DNA from: Octopus bimaculoides
Taxonomy: Eukaryota
Reading direction: 5' to 3'
DNA: 44,493 nt
Assembly: GCF_001194135.2 (NCBI RefSeq)
Contig: NC_068993.1
Span: 1,081,473-1,125,965, forward strand
Shown here: one piece after another, positions 34,986 through 44,493 of the stretch
Position numbering within the stretch: position 1 is the first letter of the stretch
How the letters are laid out: each line of letters starts with the position of its first letter
Program-made: the position numbers and the translations under genes
Notes under the pieces: generated by a model
The model's database searches: none
Told to the model about the DNA's origin: nothing
Seen by the model: the letters and a program-made list of their open reading frames with translations, nothing else

Positions 34986-35623
34986 GTTGACTTCGGCGTG
35001 GTTCGAACTCAGAGCGCCGAGTGTCAGAGCAAATACTGCGATGCATTCTCCATCCTTTATATATATATGTTCGACGGGCTTCCTTTGAGGTTTCCATCGA
35101 CCAAATCTACTCACAAGGCTTTGGTCGGCAAGAGGCTGTTGCAGAAGACAATGTGTTACGCGGTGGGACTTAACCCGGAGATATATTTATTCATTTTACA
35201 AGGTTAACAGTGACTTCGAAGTCTCGGCTTGCTCGCCTTCTAAATATGTTAAGCCACAGGCAATCGTTTTAAATTTGTAATTTAAAATATTTTTTTAAAA
35301 TATAAATCATTTTTATTTTCGCGGCACCTTCCAGCGCTGTCTCTCCGCCAAGTAGTATGCTATGGTACGCTGCCTGACAGCCACAGCCCCGAGTATTTTA
35401 CTGGTACTTCAGAAGCGTGCGAAGGATTACCGTTGATTCGCTTACTTGATTCTATTGAGCCCTGGGTAAACGGAGAAAGAAAACTTCAGTGAGTTTTGAA
35501 CACGGAACACGTGAGTAGCAGGCAAGGAATCGCTAGAGAGACGTTAGAATAAAGGATGGAGAATGCATCGCGGTATTTGCTCTGACACTCGACGCTCTGA
35601 GTTCAAACCACGCCGAAGTCAAC
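34986..35623. repeat. 75-nt inverted repeat pair (34986-35060 / 35549-35623), 488-nt spacer
   Basis: 72/75 identical by manual alignment; the three differences are all transitions. Confidence 0.92.
35068..35185 (-). mobile_element. tRNA-headed SINE fragment, probably the 5' half of the family B copy at 34518
   Basis: The reverse complement contains the T-arm-like TCCGGGTTAAGTCCCAC and CCGACCAAAGCCTTGTGAGTAGATTTGG. The link to family B rests on my recollection of the octopus consensus; no copy in this window shows both halves joined. Confidence 0.55.
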
Positions 35624-35655
35624 ATTGCTTTTCATCTTTTCGGGAATCGATAGGA
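35521..35655 (+). mobile_element. SINE-like family A, diverged copy; source of the inverted 75-nt duplicate at 34986-35060
   Basis: GCGGTATTTGCTCTGACACTCGACGCTCTGAGTTCAAACCACGCCGAAGTCAACATTGCTTTTCATCTTTTCGGGAATCGATA. Confidence 0.75.
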
Positions 35656-36063
35656 AAAAAAAAAGGCAAGTAGCAGTCGAGGGTGATAGACTGGTGGAAG
35701 AACTTAACGAATATCGAATGGGAAACCTTGCAGTATTTGTTCCGGGAAGGGGGGGTCTATGTTCTGAGTTCAAATCCCTCCAAGGCCTACCTGGGTGGTA
35801 AACTTAACCCGTCACCCAGATCAACACGACCACCCGATACTTTGGATAACTTGAGTACTTTTAGCAGAGTCCATTCATTCTGTTGGAAGTTATCCTTGAA
35901 CCAGGTTTCCACTAGAAATAACAGCCAAATCTCCTTCACAATCTCGCAGTCTTTAAAAAACAGATTCGTTGGTGAATGTAGTTGTGCGACCTTTGCACAA
36001 CAGGACTAATATGGGATGGCCACAGTTGGAGTGATTATAGACCTGTTGTTGTTTAATTAGGCT

Positions 36064-36100
<37 letters not shown>

Positions 36101-36345
36101 CCGCTCCTATCGTCACCTTTGCAACTATCAGCTTAATTTCCATCCGCATCACCATTACACGGCGCGAATCCTTCATCGTCATCATCATCATCGTCATCAT
36201 CATCATTGTCATTAACCAAGCACTCTACCTCTGTCGTTTTCCCTCCAACCCACACCGTGGCCCCCCTCCCCCTCTCGTTGTTCCTCCCCCACCTTCAACC
36301 CTTCTCCTTCACTTCCACCTTAGTTTAAAATGTTCGATTGATATA

Positions 36346-36386
<41 letters not shown>

Positions 36387-36804
36387 TTGGAGAGGAGGAG
36401 AGAAGGAGAGGAATAGAGATGTGATGGAAGAAAAGAAGAGATAAGAGACAGAAAGAGAGANNNNNNNNNNNNNNNNNNNNNNNNNNNNNNNNNNNNNNNN
36501 NNNNNNNNNNNNNNNNNNNNNNNNNNNNNNNNNNNNNNNNNNNNNNNNNNNNNNNNNNNNNNNNNNNNNNNNNNNNNNNNNNNNNNNNNNNNNNNNNNNN
36601 NNNNNNNNNNNNNNNNNNNNNNNNNNNNNNNNNNNNNNNNNNNNNNNNNNNNNNNNNNNNNNNNNNNNNNNNNNNNNNNNNNNNNNNNNNNNNNNNNNNN
36701 TCTTGTAATATTTGATTTGGCAAAACTGCCTCCCCCCCACCCCGGAACATCGCGAAAAATGATTCAAAATAACGCATAATTGTGATATTTAGTTAAAACA
36801 ATAA

Positions 36805-36845
<41 letters not shown>

Positions 36846-37203
36846 GTATGTATGTGCATATGTGTTTGTGCATGCGTAGGTGTGTATGTTTCTGTGTATT
36901 CGTGTGTATGTGTATACATGTATCTCTGTGTGTGTGTGTGTGTTTTTAATATAAAGTTTTCGAATTAAACCTGTCATTTATTATTTCCCTCATCAAATAA
37001 TTTTATAGGAATGTTTTATAATAGATGTGTGAGGAAGCTGGGGGGGTGCGTAGACTCATATACACACGTACATAATTATACATACACAACTATAGATATA
37101 TCTGTATATATGTATATACACACACAGACATTCATTCACGCATATGTGTATGTGTGTGTATTTTAATTATGAAGCGAAATATAATAGAAGTTCAAATTTA
37201 TTA

Positions 37204-37259
<56 letters not shown>

Positions 37260-37261
37260 AA

Positions 37262-37468
37262 GGTAGCGAGCTGGCAGAATCGATAGCAAAATGCTTGGCG
37301 GTATTCCGTCCGTCTTTACTGAGTTCAAATTCCGCCGAGGTCGATTTTGCTTTTCATTCTTTCAGAGTCGATAAACTAAGACCCAGCGGAACAGTGGGAT
37401 TGATGTAATCGACTTGTGCCCTACCCCTAAATTTCAGGTTTTGTGCCTTTAGTAGAAATGATCATTAT
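37262..37468 (+). mobile_element. SINE-like family A near-complete copy
   Basis: GGTAGCGAGCTGGCAGAATCG..GAGTTCAAATTCCGCCGAGGTCGATTTTGCTTTTCATTCTTTCAGAGTCGATAAA; preceded by an (ATT)n tract. Confidence 0.85.
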
Positions 37469-37469
37469 T

Positions 37470-37680
37470 AAAGCGTCGGGCTAGTAGAATCGCTAAGCTC
37501 GTCGGACAAAACGCTTAGCGGCATTTCTTCCGGCTCTTTACATTGTAAGTTCAACTTCCGCCGGGATCAACATAACCTTTTATCTGTTCGGCGTCGATAA
37601 ACTAAGCCGGCCGTTGAACACTGGAAACTTACACCTTCGCTCAAAATCGCTAGCCTTGTGTCAAAATGAAAATTACTATT
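37470..37680 (+). mobile_element. SINE-like family A, older copy head-to-tail with the previous one
   Basis: AGAATCGCTAAG..AAAACGCTTAGCGGCATTTCTTCCGGCTCTTTACATTGTAAGTTCAACTTCCGCCGGGATCAAC..GTCGATAAACTAAG..GCCTTGTGTCAAAAT. Confidence 0.75.
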
Positions 37681-38503
37681 AAAACATTTTAACCTTNNNN
37701 NNNNNNNNNNNNNNNNNNNNNNNNNNNNNNNNNNNNNNNNNNNNNNNNNNNNNNNNNNNNNNNNNNNNNNNNNNNNNNNNNNNNNNNNNNNNNNNNNNNN
37801 NNNNNNNNNNNNNNNNNNNNNNNNNNNNNNNNNNNNNNNNNNNNNNNNNNNNNNNNNNNNNNNNNNNNNNNNNNNNNNNNNNNNNNNNNNNNNNNNNNNN
37901 NNNNNNNNNNNNNNNNNNNNNNNNNNNNNNNNNNNNNNNNNNNNNNNNNNNNNNNNNNNNNNNNNNNNNNNNNNNNNNNNNNNNNNNNNNNNNNNNNNNN
38001 NNNNNNNNNNNNNNNNNNNNNNNNNNNNNNNNNNNNNNNNNNNNNNNNNNNNNNNNNNNNNNNNNNNNNNNNNNNNNNNNNNNNNNNNNNNNNNNNNNNN
38101 NNNNNNNNNNNNNNNNNNNNNNNNNNNNNNNNNNNNNNNNNNNNNNNNNNNNNNNNNNNNNNNNNNNNNNNNNNNNNNNNNNNNNNNNNNNNNNNNNNNN
38201 NNNNNNNNNNNNNNNNNNNNNNNNNNNNNNNNNNNNNNNNNNNNNNNNNNNNNNNNNNNNNNNNNNNNNNNNNNNNNNNNNNNNNNNNNNNNNNNNNNNN
38301 NNNNNNNNNNNNNNNNNNNNNNNNNNNNNNNNNNNNNNNNNNNNNNNNNNNNNNNNNNNNNNNNNNNNNNNNNNNNNNNNNNNNNNNNNNNNNNNNNNNN
38401 NNNNNNNNNNNNNNNNNNNNNNNNNNNNNNNNNNNNNNNNNNNNNNNNNNNNNNNNNNNNNNNNNNNNNNNNNNNNNNNNNNNNNNNNNNNNNNNNNNNN
38501 NNN

Positions 38504-38555
<52 letters not shown>

Positions 38556-39229
38556 CCGATTTAAGACACTTAAATTCGGCAGAACTAAGGCACGAATCCA
38601 ATTTACTCTACCATAGGTATCGAGTTCTCTTTTCTTCTTCCGTGAATTGAACCTATAAGTAGCACCACACACACAGGTGAGTGTATCTACAGAGTTATTT
38701 GGACATACTTATGCTCATATAGACGTCCATACATGCATTTATATATACACAAACACATACAGCATACCACGTGATATTGTTTGCTAATCTAAGTCGCCTA
38801 ACAATATGTAACTTTCTCCTCTCAACTCCATTTCATTAGAAACAAGTCTGTTATTGTTATCATCACACGCTCTCTGCTCTCCTCCGCTCTGCTCTATTCT
38901 CTCTTCTATTCTATATTTAATAATGTGCTTCAGTAATTTATTTATTGAACATATATAACACCCCACTCACCCACCACTATGCCTCCACACACAACCAGAT
39001 TCCACGTTATTAAATATCATTTCATAACACTTACATACACACACTCTTGCATATAGACACACACACACTCTTACGTACAACTTGTACGTTCACACACATA
39101 CACACGCCGTACATGTATTCCCTCCTATTATTTGAAAACATTGATTTTAAGAAAAAAGCTTATTTCACTAAATTACATGTAAGCTCACACACACATGTAT
39201 GTATGTATGTATGTATGTATGTATGTATG

Positions 39230-39284
<55 letters not shown>

Positions 39285-39733
39285 TAAGATCAAAGAGAAT
39301 GAACTAAGAATCACAATTTCTTCGCTTTTAATCAAAGAAGAATCTTTACATTGAAATAAAAGATGCCAGGACAGGATTGGACTCTTCGGATAGTCACATG
39401 TTGTATTACTATTGATACAGTCATATAATGCTATAATGCACAGCTATTGATACAGTCACAATATTTTGAACTAATAGAATCATGAGTTTAGCTTCCTTTT
39501 TTTTTTCGTCTGTTTTTATTTCCACGCCTCTAATATCATCGATATTAAAAACAGAAATCGATTTCTGCCTTTCATTTTATTCTCGACGTTTTGATTCGTC
39601 ATTATTATCATCGTCATCACGATTACCACCATCATCAACATTGACATCACCGTCATCACTTTTACAATCGTAATCGTGTCATTGAAACTTCGAAGTAAAC
39701 AGTCATCATTCCATATCACATGTGAGTTTGTAT

Positions 39734-39767
<34 letters not shown>

Positions 39768-39880
39768 ACAGATTGCGACAATGTGTTGCTTCTTATCTTA
39801 CCGATCTTCAAGCAATGGACAGAGGAAATGAAAGAATAATTTTACACGAAATAAAAATTTAAAAAGTAAACATTGAATAA

Positions 39881-40675
39881 ATGTCTTTCTTTTATGAGAC
39901 TCAAACATCTCGAATATTCTCTAAAGAAAAAATTATATACAAAGATTTTTCTACATCTTAACAACCAAATGTACTTTTAGAAAGTTGGCTCGAGCGATCT
40001 TTCGATTTGTCTGAAAGACTATTGATGTTGACTAAATCTTTACTTGAAAGGATTCACAGTCAAACCGATATAGTCTTTAGACACTTGATTATTACCTGTA
40101 AACACGTTCACAGAATTAAATTATCGATTTTGAAAGACGAACATTATCTAATAAAATTTATCAGAATCAAAAGTTTTTATCTATGGATAAAGGCTTTTGA
40201 TAGTAATTCTTTTCATGAAGAGATGTGTAACCCAGACTCTGTAGAAATTTGTGAGTCTATTGCTCTTTACATTTTACATTATAACTTCAATAATTTGTTG
40301 TATGGTTTGTATAGAGGTAATAGACTTTTTATCAAATGGAATACAAATGTCCAATAGTTGCAAGGAATTAGAAGAAAAATCTTTTAGAATTATTTAAACA
40401 TTTATAAATAAAAATTGTCTTTCCAAATAGACAAACAGTCTATTGTGTGAAAGTGTGTACACGTGATGATCCAATTTCTAAAGGTTATTTCAATTTGACT
40501 GCAAATGATTTTAAATTAAGACTCAGCCAACATCAATATTCTTTCAGGAGTCCGAAAGAATCACAGAAGACAAGTTTGTCAAAGTCTTTTAAGAAATAAT
40601 ATCAGAGAAACTAAGATTACATGGAAGCTATTGGAAAAAATCAAAGCTTATAAATAGGGTAAGAATAGATTGGAT
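39881..40675 (+). mobile_element. Decayed Penelope-like retroelement (PLE) relic: reverse transcriptase plus GIY-YIG endonuclease fragments
   Basis: The ORF 40007-40357 frame has LIKFIRIKSFY (cf. FIKFDIxxFYPS), WIK..FHEEMCNPDSVEICESIALYILH (cf. WVK..[22 protein letters not shown]) and YGLYRGNRL at 40301-40327 (cf. GLYRDDGL). A second frame has VYCVKV..GYFNLTANDFKLRLSQHQYSFR..KTSLSK (40438-40584), then ITWKLLEKIKAYK*GKNR, matching the PLE GIY-YIG C-terminus. The comparator motifs are recalled, not searched. Confidence 0.75.
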
Positions 40676-40927
40676 GGTCATGTGTGGGCTCAACAAGGGC
40701 TTACTTGGGGCTAAACAACAACAACAATAGTAATTGTTTTACGGACGTGAAAATATAAAGCTGACCTCCACCGCAACCCAGTAGTTCCAAGGTTTGCACT
40801 CAAAACACGAAGGAGCGTCACTCGAAACATTTAGTGCCACCTTCTACCAGTCCTCATGATCTAGTACATTAAGACTGCTGGTTGTTAATTGTAACAAGAT
40901 GGTGGAGTGCTTGATTAAAGATATTCC

Positions 40928-40964
<37 letters not shown>

Positions 40965-42274
40965 NNNNNNNNNNNNNNNNNNNNNNNNNNNNNNNNNNNN
41001 NNNNNNNNNNNNNNNNNNNNNNNNNNNNNNNNNNNNNNNNNNNNNNNNNNNNNNNNNNNNNNNNNNNNNNNNNNNNNNNNNNNNNNNNNNNNNNNNNNNN
41101 NNNNNNNNNNNNNNNNNNNNNNNNNNNNNNNNNNNNNNNNNNNNNNNNNNNNNNNNNNNNNNNNNNNNNNNNNNNNNNNNNNNNNNNNNNNNNNNNNNNN
41201 NNNNNNNNNNNNNNNNNNNNNNNNNNNNNNNNNNNNNNNNNNNNNNNNNNNNNNNNNNNNNNNNNNNNNNNNNNNNNNNNNNNNNNNNNNNNNNNNNNNN
41301 NNNNNNNNNNNNNNNNNNNNNNNNNNNNNNNNNNNNNNNNNNNNNNNNNNNNNNNNNNNNNNNNNNNNNNNNNNNNNNNNNNNNNNNNNNNNNNNNNNNN
41401 NNNNNNNNNNNNNNNNNNNNNNNNNNNNNNNNNNNNNNNNNNNNNNNNNNNNNNNNNNNNNNNNNNNNNNNNNNNNNNNNNNNNNNNNNNNNNNNNNNNN
41501 NNNNNNNNNNNNNNNNNNNNNNNNNNNNNNNNNNNNNNNNNNNNNNNNNNNNNTATATATATATATATATATATATATGTATGCAAGCACACATATAATG
41601 CAATAATATATAAATATTAGAGTATATATTATGATTACAGCATTTATAACATTGTCTATTTATTGTAAATACACTACATAGACATACATATACTCATATA
41701 AACGCTATAGGACACTAACACACACACACGGACACACACAATTCCACTATGTATAATATCTTAGTAAAAATTGTACATTTAAAATTTAATATATATTTTT
41801 GAACAATTGTATGATACAGTATATATACTATTGATGTGAGTTAGTGCGCATTATATGTGTGTGTACATGTACATATGTATATGAGTGTGTGCCTGTGTGT
41901 ATATGTACGTACAAATATATATAATATTGTGGTGTATATATAATTAATCTCGAGTGTGTATAATGATTAATCATAAAACTGAAGTCGGATTCTATTCAAA
42001 ATTTCAATTTTTATTTTGAAATTAATAATTCGAAAAAATAAAAATTTTAAATTAAAATCAAAATTTTTTTAAAATGAAATTTTGTAATTATAAATATTTC
42101 TCTTAACAGAAAATTATTAATTCCACGCTGTGCCATCGCTGTAATTAGTAGCTAAATTAATATAGATCTGTCTAGGTTGTTTATTCCAATTCCTCTGGGT
42201 TATCCAAAAATGTAGAAATAAAATATCATATTCTTCGTATTTACAAAGAATGGTCGATCTTGTGGTCGTTGGTC

Positions 42275-42370
42275 CGACTCTGTCTGAGTTCAAATCGCAA
42301 CCTGGTCAATACTGCCTTTCATCGTTTCAAGGCCCCAAAAGGAAGTAACGATCCAGTGCGGTGGAATAAT
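42275..42370 (+). mobile_element. SINE-like family A, diverged fragment
   Basis: CTGAGTTCAAATCGCAACCTGGTCAATACTGCCTTTCATCGTTTC. Confidence 0.55.
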
Positions 42371-43104
42371 AGAATTTTTATAGAGTCAGACGAGATGGTT
42401 TGCCATATCTTCTGCGGTTGTTTGCGTTCTGAGTTAAAATCCCACTTCGTCACACCAACCTCAGTGAACAACGAGATTTTACGGCCCCGGGTGACACTGA
42501 CAGACCTAATATATCAGATGGATCGATAAGTTGAATGGAGCAACACGTCCGTCTAAACAGAATAAATGAATGTAAAGTGTGGAGCCTGCGTAAAGCGGGG
42601 TAAAACGTTGAGACACCGCCACGGTCTCCTAGGAAGCAATGTTTCTTCAATGTGAGGGATTCGTAATGAGTGCTTATTTCTTATCCCAGAGAGCTTTTAA
42701 AAGGTTTTAGCTCAGACGAGGACTTGAGCGCATTAACTGGTCAGGGTTAACTAGAAATAGCAGCTAAACATCTGCAATTCACATTCTGCCTTCTTGGAGT
42801 AAAAAGAAAGTATGTGTTGCGTAACAGAACTATTTATACACTCAAACATATTTTAGACATAATAAAAATGTTTTTTTTTATGTGAAGAAGACAATTTAAG
42901 ATTAAACTGAAGACTTATTAATTGTTTTTTTTAGAGTGCATATTTAGTAGACTTTTACAAAAGGAGGGATGGCAGTAACTTCGACGTTTCGGCTTACACA
43001 TGTGTATGTATATATATATATGTACGTATATATATATGTAAATATATGTATATGTGTATGTATATATGTATATATATGTATGTATATATATGTATATATA
43101 TATG

Positions 43105-43135
<31 letters not shown>

Positions 43136-43724
43136 GTATATATATATATATATNNNNNNNNNNNNNNNNNNNNNNNNNNNNNNNNNNNNNNNNNNNNNNN
43201 NNNNNNNNNNNNNNNNNNNNNNNNNNNNNNNNNNNNNNNNNNNNNNNNNNNNNNNNNNNNNNNNNNNNNNNNNNNNNNNNNNNNNNNNNNNNNNNNNNNN
43301 NNNNNNNNNNNNNNNNNNNNNNNNNNNNNNNNNNNNNNNNNNNNNNNNNNNNNNNNNNNNNNNNNNNNNNNNNNNNNNNNNNNNNNNNNNNNNNNNNNNN
43401 NNNNNNNNNNNNNNNNNNNNNNNNNNNNNNNNNNNNNNNNNNNNNNNNNNNNNNNNNNNNNNNNNNNNNNNNNNNNNNNNNNNNNNNNNNNNNNNNNNNN
43501 NNNNNNNNNNNNNNNNNNNNNNNNNNNNNNNNNNNNNNNNNNNATATACATGTGTGTGTGTGTGAGTCTCTCTTTGTGTGTGCGTGTGTGTGTGTGTGAA
43601 TATATATATATATATATATATGTATATGTGTATATTAATTCTCACTACATATATATATATATAAATATATATATATAAACATGTGTGTGTGTGTATATAT
43701 ATACTGTGAGTCTGTGTGTGTGTG

Positions 43725-43757
<33 letters not shown>

Positions 43758-43965
43758 ATGTGTGTGTGTGAGTCTGTGTGTGAGCCTGTGTGTGTGTGTG
43801 TGTGTGTTTGTGTGTGTTTGTGTGTGTGTTTGTGTGTGTCTGTGTGTGTGTGTGCGCGCGCGCTCGTCCGCGCACGCCTGTGTGATTATTTCCCATCTCC
43901 CACTGGCCCGAATCTAATAAACTACATCTGTCCTTTCTCCTTTTTTTCTTCTTTTTCTTTCTCAG

Positions 43966-44082
43966 GAATGCCGTGTGAACCGCCAAACCACCGACTGGAC
44001 TTTCGAATCCAGTTATTTCAATCGTTCAGTACTCCCATCTCTCGCCTCCATCATGTGGGGCTACATGTTTTTAAGCAGCCAT
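43966..44082 (+). CDS. Candidate internal exon of an unidentified gene (117 nt)
   Basis: Branch-like CTAAT (43914-43918), about 36-nt pyrimidine tract, CAG acceptor (AG 43964-43965), GC-richer body, GTATGA donor-like site at 44083. Two frames are open. No protein similarity recognised. Confidence 0.25.
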
Positions 44083-44437
44083 GTATGATGTGGGTTTCAC
44101 TTCGCGAATTGTTATTAATTTTTTGAAATGTCAATTTATTTTCCGGTGTAGACGTTGAGGGAAAATGCAACGAAAAAGAGAACTAAACGGAGACACTTCC
44201 ACTGACCAAGGTGGACGTGTTCAATGGCATTTCAATGTTTTACCCTGAACTAATTCATTGAAACGTGTGAGATTCTTCAAAGGAAAACGGAGTTTATCCT
44301 TACCAAACATACTTTCATCAGGTGGGAGTTTGTTTGTTTGTGTGTGCATCTGTGCTTGTGTATGTGTGTGTAGGTATGAAAACGTACATGCGCGTGTGAA
44401 AGTTTATATCTGACAGTATAACCATCTAAATATCTGG

Positions 44438-44493
<56 letters not shown>

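Noticed and set aside
38602-38682. Consensus donor CAG|GTGAGT at 38674-38682 with a possible 60-nt exon
   Set aside because: Stops occur in all three frames of the putative exon.
39409-39458. 15-nt direct repeat CTATTGATACAGTCA around a 20-nt spacer
   Set aside because: Best explained as a small local duplication, with no element between the copies.
127-43986. Most long ORFs in the supplied track ([16 protein letters not shown], poly-X, poly-E/K/R/L)
   Set aside because: They are translations of microsatellites or run through N-gaps, with no coding signal.

Overview
AT-rich, microsatellite-dense eukaryotic non-coding DNA from a gapped short-read assembly: 18 N-gaps totalling about 5.9 kb by hand count, mostly bordered by simple repeats. 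The repeat families resemble those I recall from octopus/coleoid cephalopod genomes; this is an inference, not a database result. I found no intact protein-coding gene, real tRNA/rRNA or CRISPR array, and almost all long ORFs in the track are translations of microsatellites or N-gaps. Supported content: (1) the left end of a Tc1-type DNA transposon with TA target, TIR and a disabled transposase (1496-2135); (2) a decayed, apparently internally deleted Penelope-like retroelement relic with RT and GIY-YIG-like motifs (about 39881-40675); (3) about 30 copies or fragments of at least four SINE-like families; (4) assembly artefacts, including an Illumina adapter remnant and duplicated contig overlaps. 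The most interesting unexplained structures are short repeats with hammerhead-ribozyme-like layout and a non-canonical core (19489-19524, and a 21-nt motif found three times), a 143-bp near-perfect hairpin flanked by TA (30094-30236), and a 72/75-identical inverted duplication 488 nt apart (34986-35623). One candidate spliced exon lies at 43966-44082. No novel system is demonstrated; these are leads.
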